Below are positions 9,701 to 17,348 of a stretch of DNA of 64,000 nucleotides, piece after piece. This DNA comes from a virus. The position numbers and the translations under genes were made by a program. The stretch is from the IMG/VR virus record IMGVR_UViG_3300025121_000886, positions 1-64,000 of that record; one strand, 5' to 3'. The notes under the pieces are model-generated. The model saw nothing but the letters and a program-made list of their open reading frames with translations. It was not told the DNA's origin and did not search any database. Position 1 is the stretch's first letter. Each line of letters opens with the position of its first letter.

Positions 9701-10203
9701 AGACGTTGCCTGGTTTTGATGAGATAGAGGTATATACCACTCCAGAAAATATTTTATTAGGTGGGGCTTCTATATTATTTATGGAAGATATTGGTTCTGG
9801 TGTGTATCGATGTGGTGAATCTATCACAGTAGATACGAGTTCCATTGAATATCATGAAGTATCTGCGATGAATCAACAAATATATGTTACTGCCTATGTT
9901 AGACAGTCTGTTGAAGAAGCTGTTGTATCAATGGTACCTGATGGTGTTCCAGACGGTCTTGCTATGGTTCGCGGGGCGGTTGTTTTAGCTCTTAAAACAT
10001 TGTTAAGCCAGAATAAGATTGCTACATATGAGGACGATCAAGGAAATGAACGACAATTAAATCCGATTACAGATGTTATTGTATTTAGGGATACAACAGA
10101 TAGAACTTTATATCACTTCAAGTATGCCTATTACCTCAGATATCCTATCAAAAGATTATTTGGGCTTTATACAGTAGACTCTAACAATTTTGCGAACGCT
10201 TAA
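6709..10203 (+). CDS. Contractile tail sheath protein (very large, 1164 aa)
   Basis: N-terminal YTLPGAYI, C-terminal sheath core (ESITVD...EVS, FKYAYYLRYPIKRL); AGGAGG before ATG 6709; followed by the tube gene. Confidence 0.85.
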   Translation: MSTLSTSTYTLPGAYIGKIIEPNVTVLSGIPRLPCYVGKGSRLATVRNAAIRRSYKSDVELTFSSRAPFQAPLTYYADGNQELARLYDSNGAEIDKNKWQFKLSGSDYSIVEFDSRFYDSTKTYYIDYQSVDRTVLDPTPYEDIRTVDKVSVTTDTEEFVEYEDFIVVMTYDEYTVEETQTKHDKEVSAIVHTGTGTFTHSLTGTPTHKYNRYYKVTCIRAVTASIGGVLYWYSVPISGGKLTDSPTLDPIQPQNPVDITDDLDYNLHILNVEANKVADQDFLLENGITLRINTNAGATIVLNDTLEFNSYGPGIFERIEEYSNANQYPEAYDSIEETSALTKTGEWGTVFGDAITLTADHIAVADLSTLTVTCIDEDGTSTPVTTAKLGDGPYPEDMHPVELAADVQEKVRAAGAGVTELEEFTCVYDPSVGTDGAFTCRIGGSSSGASAAQRSLTIADAVGTVGASMKLTAATKKYSSGANLTTNAGLSINATSAYTGDYNKNYKLRVVSVNSGTDTAVVYWTSYGTNLDSSTLGFKSGYFTLDWTDPTDVVRVEIEEGIYVDCDVDGSTKILQVGDSWTIAARCPVFRITAKDTRDYTITVASVTPAGSDPTKSGTVGISYYTSTPEGGFGSTTFNNPGVLGDMSANTELRTLSGNFVIACRNIAGDIRHSVTVSGANDKWSTGLVNTNYIDWSLGERVSETFQTSDILHDVYGNITGYADTYYVILAHTVLSTLDVVSIVKTGNIVISGSIYGTSGSPYLWFTTDPGAAITVTYDHRGDEPTPGDIYYFTASYVRPSTSYDSPFRVLTRDDAFTLLAPAASDNDLYIMADLAFDNAVSGIYVCQASDSDLDGNYTTQDYKRAIEATEGQPEVTDLIVLNKASALPDAIASNVRTSNPFARKFRMLWWGCSTGTTIGSETESGTLIYTARKTLQVYGNSPAHGTRVLVAPTTATKTIILPTGQAYACPLNGSFVAGQIAALNASFSEPADTLLWKTLPGFDEIEVYTTPENILLGGASILFMEDIGSGVYRCGESITVDTSSIEYHEVSAMNQQIYVTAYVRQSVEEAVVSMVPDGVPDGLAMVRGAVVLALKTLLSQNKIATYEDDQGNERQLNPITDVIVFRDTTDRTLYHFKYAYYLRYPIKRLFGLYTVDSNNFANA

Positions 10204-10215
10204 TAGGAGGGGAAG

Positions 10216-10662
10216 ATGATAGATTATAATAAAATAGTAGAGAGATTAGATATTGTTTCTCAAGAATTTGAAAATAAAGGTTTCAAAGACTTGAGTTTTG
10301 AGTTAGATGAAATTTCACAATCTCTTTTAACAGAAAAAGATGCAGAAAATTCGGGTGATGATATTGATTCAATAAAGGAATCAGTATTTTTTTGGGTAGA
10401 TCAGTTAAGAAAAGATCACAAGGATTTTGGAGATTTAAGTTTTGTTAAAAGATATCTTAATAAAAAAGTTGGGGATAAAAAAGCTTTAGCTTCTCTAAGA
10501 TTATTGGATAGTTTAGACGAAAAAAAATATGCTGTTTTAATCTCTGAATATGTTACAGCCTGTCATAAGGGAAGTTATGCCACGATCGATAACAGTAAAG
10601 TTCATCCAGCTGCTTTGCATATGTGGGGAAATAGAGCATCTTTTAATGAATCTGATGAATGA
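10216..10662 (+). CDS. Hypothetical protein with shared N-terminal helix-G-helix tag
   Basis: RLDIVSQEFENKGFKDLSFELDEIS; strong AGGAGG RBS. Confidence 0.7.
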   Translation: MIDYNKIVERLDIVSQEFENKGFKDLSFELDEISQSLLTEKDAENSGDDIDSIKESVFFWVDQLRKDHKDFGDLSFVKRYLNKKVGDKKALASLRLLDSLDEKKYAVLISEYVTACHKGSYATIDNSKVHPAALHMWGNRASFNESDE

Positions 10663-10706
10663 GTTTTTCAATAACCACCCTCAATTTTTAGAGATGATGT
10701 TTATTT

Positions 10707-11096
10707 ATGACCTATGATAATTTTTCTGTTTGTGTTAATTGCCTTTCCCCCTGTTGTGCATTATACGCCATAAATGTTACAGATAAAGATATTGAACGCA
10801 TAATGCACATTGTGGGTAAGTCTGAATATTTTGTTAAAACTTCTCGGTGGGGTTTTCCTTACACACATCAAGTAAGGACTAAAAAGATAGATAATTGTGA
10901 TGGTTGGTGTTATTTCACAAATAGGGTAGCTAAAGGACATTATAATTGTGGAATATATGAATATAGACCAGAAGCCTGTAGAGCATTTAGCCCCATTAAT
11001 TGTCCTCATTATTATAAATATGAGGATGGTTTGATTGAAGTAAAAACAATATTAGCACATTTAAAATCAGAGACTATGAATAAGTCCACAAAATAA
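10707..11096 (+). CDS. YkgJ/FliB-like cysteine-cluster (CxxCxxxCC) protein
   Basis: CVNCLSPCC...C.F...CGIYEYRPEACRAF. Confidence 0.85.
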   Translation: MTYDNFSVCVNCLSPCCALYAINVTDKDIERIMHIVGKSEYFVKTSRWGFPYTHQVRTKKIDNCDGWCYFTNRVAKGHYNCGIYEYRPEACRAFSPINCPHYYKYEDGLIEVKTILAHLKSETMNKSTK

Positions 11097-11187
11097 AGTG
11101 GTTGGTTATTATGAAAAATAAGAAGACAAATTCAGAAAAAAGATAATTTTTTAGATAAAGAATATTTGCTTTTAAGGAGACAATATA

Positions 11188-11688
11188 ATGGCAAGTAACC
11201 CACATGGTGTTAAAGTTCAAAGTTTAGATTGGAGTCACAAATATGCTCCAACCACGATGACCTATCATGGCATCGTGTTAAAAATGGATGGAAGAGAAGT
11301 AGGCCGTATAACAAGCTGGAATCCTCAACCTTATGGACGAGATGGTGAGCATGTTTATGAGTTGTCCAAAACTACTTTTGGCCGACCAGTAGATTATGTT
11401 CCTGGAAAAAATAATACTTATACTATATCATGTAATCGTGTTGAAGTATGGCTCGATGAATTTGAGCGAGCGATTGGCTTTGATGATGTATGGGTTGATC
11501 TTTGTGATCAGAGAAGACCTTTTACAATTACAGAAACTCTTTATAAGGGTGACGTGAGATATAGAGAATGGACTTATACAGGATGCTGGATCACGAGCAA
11601 AAACCCCGATGCGTACGACGCTGAGGGTAATGCTAAAATTATAGTTTCAGCAGAAATTTCTTATGTAGCTCGTACAAAAACCTTATAG
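11188..11688 (+). CDS. Tail tube protein
   Basis: 166 aa after the sheath gene; VGRITSW...VYEL...DYVPG...WTYTGCWITS...AEISY tube-type pattern. Confidence 0.8.
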   Translation: MASNPHGVKVQSLDWSHKYAPTTMTYHGIVLKMDGREVGRITSWNPQPYGRDGEHVYELSKTTFGRPVDYVPGKNNTYTISCNRVEVWLDEFERAIGFDDVWVDLCDQRRPFTITETLYKGDVRYREWTYTGCWITSKNPDAYDAEGNAKIIVSAEISYVARTKTL

Positions 11689-11708
11689 AGTAATTTGGGA
11701 GACTTATT

Positions 11709-12101
11709 ATGAATTTACGAGAAAGAATAGAAGCGAGAAAAAAGAGACAAGCTTCTTTTAATACTTCTTATGTTAGAGTCTACCATGAAGATCCATTGCG
11801 CCTAAAATTTCTTTATGGTCTGGAAAATACAGAATCTTTAAATGACTTGAATATAAAAACAAGTAGATTGAAATTGTCTGTTAAAGCACTGCTAAAAAGT
11901 GCTTCTGGGAAATTTACTATTTCAAGTTTGAAGACCTTAGAAACCGGTGTTATCTTTGTCAAAGGTATTCACGGTGTTTTAGATGGAATGTATTTAACAA
12001 CTGATTATTTGATAGAGTTTCAAGATTTTGAAGGTATTGAAGAATTTGTAAATAATTTATCAGTATATGAAGATGAATTCAAGGTGCAGATAGCTAGTTG
12101 A
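11709..12101 (+). CDS. Hypothetical (possibly virion) protein
   Basis: GGGAGA RBS; basic leader ending RQAS. Confidence 0.6.
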   Translation: MNLRERIEARKKRQASFNTSYVRVYHEDPLRLKFLYGLENTESLNDLNIKTSRLKLSVKALLKSASGKFTISSLKTLETGVIFVKGIHGVLDGMYLTTDYLIEFQDFEGIEEFVNNLSVYEDEFKVQIAS

Positions 12102-12112
12102 TGAATATTTTA

Positions 12113-12313
12113 TTATATTTTCTCGCCTTCTATTATATTCAATATTTGTTTTAATTGATCTTCTGTCAGAGAATGTTTAATATCTTCAGTATTATATTTT
12201 TCAAAGAATGCTTTACAATAATTTACAAGTTTTTCAATTCTCTTTTTCTGAATCATATCCACATTTACAACAATTATAAATGGTATGTTCTTTAAAGCCA
12301 GGAATATCATCAT
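12113..12313 (-). CDS. Small hypothetical protein
   Basis: 66-aa ORF, true start uncertain. Confidence 0.35.
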   Translation of the reverse strand: MMIFLALKNIPFIIVVNVDMIQKKRIEKLVNYCKAFFEKYNTEDIKHSLTEDQLKQILNIIEGEKI

Positions 12314-12467
12314 AGGTGTCTAATGTGCATCCTTTTTTACATTTATGACAAAGATATCTTGTTGTTCTCACTTCTCCATGTCCAGCACCCCAACCAGCGT
12401 GGGGATAACACTTTGAAGTTAAGTCTTTTTTACAATTGGGACAATTTATTTTTTCACCTTTTATCAT
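12234..12467 (-). CDS. Small Zn-finger protein
   Basis: CPNC, CHKC, CCKC; AAAGGA RBS. Confidence 0.6.
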   Translation of the reverse strand: MIKGEKINCPNCKKDLTSKCYPHAGWGAGHGEVRTTRYLCHKCKKGCTLDTYDDIPGFKEHTIYNCCKCGYDSEKEN

Positions 12468-12548
12468 TTTTATCCTTTCTATGTAAAAATTTTGTTGTTG
12501 TTCAACTTTTTACAGATTTTTTGAAAAATGATTATATTTATGTAAAAA

Positions 12549-13958
12549 TCAATCCTCAAATAATTTTCTCATTGGCAGATAATTATATTTGATGAATCTG
12601 CTTATTCTATTTCTTGCCATTTCAACATAACTTGGATTTAACTCAATCCCTATAAAATTTCTCAACAATTTTTTAGCCATTATACCTGTCGTCCCGCTAC
12701 CCATAAATGGGTCTAAAACTATTCCAGGAATAAATTTTGAATTACAAGAACATTGAGAATATCCTTGAAATTCTGCGCTCGAATAGACAGTAGGATTATG
12801 ACCTTGTTTTAATCTCTTTTCATTTTCTGTATATACTTCTAATTCAAAAAATCCACCCAATGGTGTTTTAGCATTGGGTATCCCTTTGAAACCTAATATA
12901 CCTTCAGGGTTATTGGTTGAATACAATTTCCTTTTTAGTTCTCCACATTTTTCACAAACATATTCGGGGCAACCGGCTAATATAGGAGTTTCAATCAATT
13001 TTTCTGGAAATACGGCAAAATGGGCTTCTTTAGATGACGCTGGGTTTATGCTCCATACAGTTCTTTTGTTTCTACCATATAATCCATAACAATGTGTGTT
13101 TTCGGCATTTTCTCCCCTGTATTTATCAGCATTTGGCTTGCATGTATTCTTAGATCGACTTCCCCATTTAGACTTTTTATTTCTTTCATATTCAACATTT
13201 ATCGTCTTAAAGGGTTCGAATTGTTGTTCAAAATAATAATCTGGATTTTTAGAGAAAAAGAACAAATACTCAAAATCATTTGAAAATCGATCTTTAGCCG
13301 AACTCGGTAGGCAAGAAGGTTTATGCCAAATTATGGTATTTCTAAGAATCCAGCCTCTACTTATCATCTCTATGGCAAATCTAAATGGGATTAATAACAA
13401 GCTCTTTCTAGGGTAATCAATTTTAGGTTGTTTCCATTTATTAGCCTTAGCCTTTTTTCCTCTTACCCAATCTCCTCCAGCACCACCTGAATTAGAATAA
13501 GTATCTCCAAGGTTTACCCAGCAAGTTCCATCATCTTTTAGAACTCTATGAACTTCATCAAATATATCACAAAGATGGGTGATATACATATCAAAATGGG
13601 GCTCATTTCCTAAGGAGCCTTCCCAAACTCGACATTTTTTACAGCATCTTCCCAATGTTTTTGTCTGTCCAGCACCACTTCCTATAGCATTTTTGTATTT
13701 TGTTTGTTCTACTTGTCCCGGTTTTAAAGGTGTCATGTAATCATCAAATTCGTGATCACAATCGTTTTCTTCCCAGGTTAATGGTTTGGTATCATAATCT
13801 CTCAATCCATAATAGGGCGGTGAGGTTACACACACATCTAAGCTTTTTTCAGGCAATGTTCTTAAAACGTCAACAGCATGACCTTGTATTATTGTATTAA
13901 TGTGTGGTCTGATTATATTGTTTATTGAGCTTTGTTTATTTATCACATCTAGTGTCAA
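12549..13958 (-). CDS. Beta-class DNA methyltransferase (SPPY type, probably N4-cytosine) with Cys-rich inserts
   Basis: CVTSPPYYGLRDY, WVNLGDTY, HFAVFPEKL, VLDPFMGSGTTG, FIGIELNPSY. Confidence 0.92.
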   Translation of the reverse strand: MTLDVINKQSSINNIIRPHINTIIQGHAVDVLRTLPEKSLDVCVTSPPYYGLRDYDTKPLTWEENDCDHEFDDYMTPLKPGQVEQTKYKNAIGSGAGQTKTLGRCCKKCRVWEGSLGNEPHFDMYITHLCDIFDEVHRVLKDDGTCWVNLGDTYSNSGGAGGDWVRGKKAKANKWKQPKIDYPRKSLLLIPFRFAIEMISRGWILRNTIIWHKPSCLPSSAKDRFSNDFEYLFFFSKNPDYYFEQQFEPFKTINVEYERNKKSKWGSRSKNTCKPNADKYRGENAENTHCYGLYGRNKRTVWSINPASSKEAHFAVFPEKLIETPILAGCPEYVCEKCGELKRKLYSTNNPEGILGFKGIPNAKTPLGGFFELEVYTENEKRLKQGHNPTVYSSAEFQGYSQCSCNSKFIPGIVLDPFMGSGTTGIMAKKLLRNFIGIELNPSYVEMARNRISRFIKYNYLPMRKLFED

Positions 13959-13985
13959 TTTAATTTATCCTTAAAATAAGTTATT

Positions 13986-14021
13986 CTGACATACTCCCAA
14001 AGCTAAAGCATTTTGGGGTTC
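13986..14021 (-). mobile_element. Orphan IS200/IS605-family right end
   Basis: Minus strand GAAC-CCCAAAATGC-TTTA-GCTTTGGGAG-TATG-TCAG: guide tetranucleotide, imperfect hairpin and TATGTCAN terminus, as in the intact element at 51757-51788. Confidence 0.7.
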
Positions 14022-14053
14022 TAAAGTTGCTGCTCTTGTAATATTATATTTTT

Positions 14054-14935
14054 ATGGAGAAAACTTTGAAAATACCAGAGTTATTAAAAAGTTTAGATGA
14101 ATTAAAGCAAAAATATTCTTTAAATAAGAAGAATATTGATGAAGTAGTTAACAAAAAAGTTGTTGGATCGACCACCATACCACCTTTAATCATCCCCTCT
14201 AAAAAGGAACTTCGTTCGATCACAATGTTATTCAATAAGTTTGGAAAACATCTTTTATCGGAGGAGTTCGATACATTAAAACAATATGATAAAATCGTCA
14301 TCCTTATCCATACTCTTTCACAGGGTTTTGATAAATTATCTTCCTTGCCGGAAAATATGAATGTCTCAGAATTTTGTTATCTTTGTCATAAATTATTTGA
14401 ATTGGATTTTATATTAAAATGGTGTGAGAAGAAAAAGCGAGGTAATTTATCTTATGTTCTTAATGAGATTAGTGATGGTAATGTAAAGATTGATATATCG
14501 GATAAAGATCTTTATTTAAAACAAGTTGAAGATTTTTTTACTGGTGTTATCTCAAATCCTTTCAAGGATAAATTTCTTAAAAATGAATTAGCTGGAATTT
14601 TACGTTTACCGGTGGTGTGTAATAACTTTTATTTCTCAAATCAAGAATCTTTAGATTCTTATCAATGTGATTACATTTTAAATCGATACCTTTTGATAAA
14701 GGATCAATTTTTATTGGGTATACCAGATGACTTAAAGGGTTATGAGGATATCTTTAATAAAATATGGTCTACCTTCAAACTTTTTTTGGTAAAGGGGGGT
14801 AACAATGAGTTTGATTCTTTATCGAAGTTTGAGATATCAGATAGCTATATAAACATCGACAATTATAATTATTGTCTTCTTTTCCCAAATTCTAGAATGC
14901 CTAAAATATTGAACTGGGGTATTTTTAATGAGTAG
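14054..14935 (+). CDS. Hypothetical protein in the tail module
   Basis: 293-aa ORF translationally coupled to the next gene. Confidence 0.65.
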   Translation: MEKTLKIPELLKSLDELKQKYSLNKKNIDEVVNKKVVGSTTIPPLIIPSKKELRSITMLFNKFGKHLLSEEFDTLKQYDKIVILIHTLSQGFDKLSSLPENMNVSEFCYLCHKLFELDFILKWCEKKKRGNLSYVLNEISDGNVKIDISDKDLYLKQVEDFFTGVISNPFKDKFLKNELAGILRLPVVCNNFYFSNQESLDSYQCDYILNRYLLIKDQFLLGIPDDLKGYEDIFNKIWSTFKLFLVKGGNNEFDSLSKFEISDSYINIDNYNYCLLFPNSRMPKILNWGIFNE

Positions 14936-15500
14936 CAATGCTATTGATATATTATATGATCTGAAAAAACATTTCGGTCTATGCTCAGAAAATTTATTTT
15001 CAGTCATTGATGCTGAGCATAAATGGAGTTTTTACCCCCCGGATAGTTTAGGTATAGAAATACTATTAAAATTGACAGATATTAATAGGGATGTTTCCTC
15101 ATATAAAATAGCTATTGTTGCATCTTTTCTGGCAAAAATAGATGAAGAACCAATCTATAAAATAATTGGAATAAATATTGATAAAAAGTTAGGAGAGACA
15201 GATAAATCTATAAGATTAGCAACCTCTTCTGATTGGTTTGACATGCTACAGAAAGAGTTTAAGCCCGATCTGGTTGACAAATTATATGAACATTATGATG
15301 AAAAATATGGTGAAAGATTAAAATTGTTATTATCTTCTGATACAACATCTTATGTGTGCAAAAAGTGCAAGAGTAATTATAGTCTGAAGAAGAAAGATAT
15401 TGTGTACTTTTGTCAAAAATGTGGTAACAAACTATTTCTCTTAGATGAAAAGAACAATCCACAGGACCCTTTGGTGCGCTCACGGAAGACCCTAGCTTAG
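14928..15500 (+). CDS. Tail assembly chaperone (G-like) with C-terminal Zn ribbon
   Basis: Lies between tube and tape measure; CKKC...CQKC; ends across the slippery site C CCT TTG. Confidence 0.7.
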   Translation: MSSNAIDILYDLKKHFGLCSENLFSVIDAEHKWSFYPPDSLGIEILLKLTDINRDVSSYKIAIVASFLAKIDEEPIYKIIGINIDKKLGETDKSIRLATSSDWFDMLQKEFKPDLVDKLYEHYDEKYGERLKLLLSSDTTSYVCKKCKSNYSLKKKDIVYFCQKCGNKLFLLDEKNNPQDPLVRSRKTLA

Positions 15501-16036
15501 AAGTCCGTGGGCGCGTTTTAGCATATTGTGGAATACTCCCGACTGATCCTGTTGTTAAGGATATGACAACCTCACTGTGGCATTTTATGTGGGTTTGGAT
15601 AAAAAAACTGAAAGATGAGGAGTTTACCCGTTTTGAAAAATCAATGGGTATATTGTGGGATGAATCTGATTTCAATGCATTTTCTCCCGGTCCAGAGAGT
15701 ATGAATAAACCAGAAAGCAGTTCTATTAGGATTCCAGTTACATTTGCATGTGATCCGACTTTATACAAGTTTTTAAAGGAAAAAGCAGCTGCTACTGCCG
15801 CAAAGAGGATGAATATGGGTTTAGAGGAGGGTGCGCCTATTGTAGAATTAGGTGAACTCCCCAGACATATGTTTGTTAAAGCGATGCGTATGTTAGAGGG
15901 AGGGGTTGATCCTCTAAGTTATATAAAAAAGTTTAAAGAAGAAAGAACACAAAATATAAAAAATGAAAAAATGGGAGAGATCGACAATGAAGTAGAAGAA
16001 AATGAGCCTGAAATAGACGAGATTAGTGATACTTAA
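14928..16036 (+). CDS. Tail assembly chaperone GT-like -1 frameshift fusion (about 369 aa)
   Basis: The -1 frame is open from 15449 to 16036 and reads PFGALTEDPSLEVRGRVLAYCGILPTDPVVKDMTTSLWHFMW into ORF 15563..16036. Confidence 0.8.
15467..15514 (+). promoter_or_regulatory. -1 programmed ribosomal frameshift signal
   Basis: In-phase XXXYYYZ heptamer CCCTTTG (15467-15473) plus an 11-bp stem GCGCTCACGGA/TCCGTGGGCGC (15476-15514). Confidence 0.8.
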
Positions 16037-16068
16037 ATGATCTTAATTTATTAATTATGAGGTAAATC

Positions 16069-16881
16069 GTGGATACAAAAAATAAAAAACCGTTTGTTAA
16101 AAATATCATAGCTGATGATGAAAATCCCCTTAATAGATTGGGAGAAGTTGTGGATGTTAGAAAATTAGAAGAGATTGAGATTAAAAAGAAGAAAGCTGAA
16201 TTGGCAGGTGCTTCTGGATTACTCCCTCTCACAGAAGAAGAATTTGAGAAAATAGCTTCTCAACCAGATCAACCTCCTTTAGAAGAGGCTTCTAATAAGG
16301 CCGTTTTAGCAGAAAAAGAAGTTGGAGAGAATAACACTTCTATTAAAGATGAGACCTTGATAATACGGGAAAAATCAAGTATTCTAATGGAAAAACTTAA
16401 AAAGAAGTTCAGTCTAGAATCTGTTAAGATTGTTGAGGAAGTATCTGGTATAAATTTTACTTTTAAGGGATTATCTAAAGCAGAGGTAGAATGGGGTACT
16501 GAAATGGTATCTCGTTGGGCATATTCTGAGACAGGTTTTAATCTTGGTCTAGAAGACGTTGTAGCTGCATCTTCTATATGGGAAATAGATGGGATGCCCA
16601 CCCATGAATTGTTTGATGTTAAAAAACGTGAAGATGATTCAGATTTATCTTTACATATTACAACCGCAGACAAGGTTTTAGTGTTCCTTCGAGAGCAATC
16701 TAATAGTAAGTTGATAGATATACTTTATAATATTTATCAAAATAAAATTGAACCAAAATTAAAAATTTCAGGGGTGTTAGAGTATATATGTACAAAACAT
16801 GATATTACTTATGTTATGTATGAAAAAAAACCAGGTAATTATTTTTGTAAACTTTGTGGAGAACCATTATTATCCACTTGA
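16069..16881 (+). CDS. Second tail-chaperone paralogue with Zn ribbon
   Basis: Aligns with 14928..15500 (IDGMP/IDEEP, LIDILYNIY/LVDKLYEHY, YFCKLCG/YFCQKCG). Confidence 0.65.
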   Translation: MDTKNKKPFVKNIIADDENPLNRLGEVVDVRKLEEIEIKKKKAELAGASGLLPLTEEEFEKIASQPDQPPLEEASNKAVLAEKEVGENNTSIKDETLIIREKSSILMEKLKKKFSLESVKIVEEVSGINFTFKGLSKAEVEWGTEMVSRWAYSETGFNLGLEDVVAASSIWEIDGMPTHELFDVKKREDDSDLSLHITTADKVLVFLREQSNSKLIDILYNIYQNKIEPKLKISGVLEYICTKHDITYVMYEKKPGNYFCKLCGEPLLST

Positions 16882-16900
16882 AAATAGGAGTAAATAATTC

Positions 16901-17290
16901 ATGAGTAAAACCCACCAAGAACATCTTGCCCACATTGTAAATATAACAGAAAATCTTGATATGGAACAAGCTAATAGAGTAAGAACTGCTTTTATTAAAG
17001 ACTTTGTAGGAAAAGGAACGTCTTTTCTCATCGGTCGTTTAGCCTCTATGTTTAAACTTACTATGATAGGTTCATCTATAGGATTTAGATTTACTGGAAA
17101 TCCTCATGGATTTACAAAATATTTGTTGAAATCTTTTTTAGAAAAGAAGTTTGGTCCTGTAACGATAAGGACATATAAAAATTTATTAGAGATCGTGATG
17201 ACTCTAGATTTCACAAATAGTCCGGAGGTGAGAGAGCATATAAAACAAGATCTGGAAACTTTTAAGAAGAATAATGGGGAAAAAGAATAG
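16901..17290 (+). CDS. Hypothetical protein
   Basis: 129 aa, AGGAG RBS. Confidence 0.65.
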   Translation: MSKTHQEHLAHIVNITENLDMEQANRVRTAFIKDFVGKGTSFLIGRLASMFKLTMIGSSIGFRFTGNPHGFTKYLLKSFLEKKFGPVTIRTYKNLLEIVMTLDFTNSPEVREHIKQDLETFKKNNGEKE

Positions 17291-17348
17291 GGGTTTAAGA
17301 CGGTTTTTAGAACCAATGTTTAAAATTTAAAGATGTGAGTATTTTAAT

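Noticed and set aside
15563-16036. Independent 157-aa gene
   Set aside because: Better explained as the -1 frameshift extension of 14928..15500, because the chaperone-like LPTDP motif lies upstream of its ATG. Minor independent initiation is not excluded, since AAGGA lies just before the ATG.
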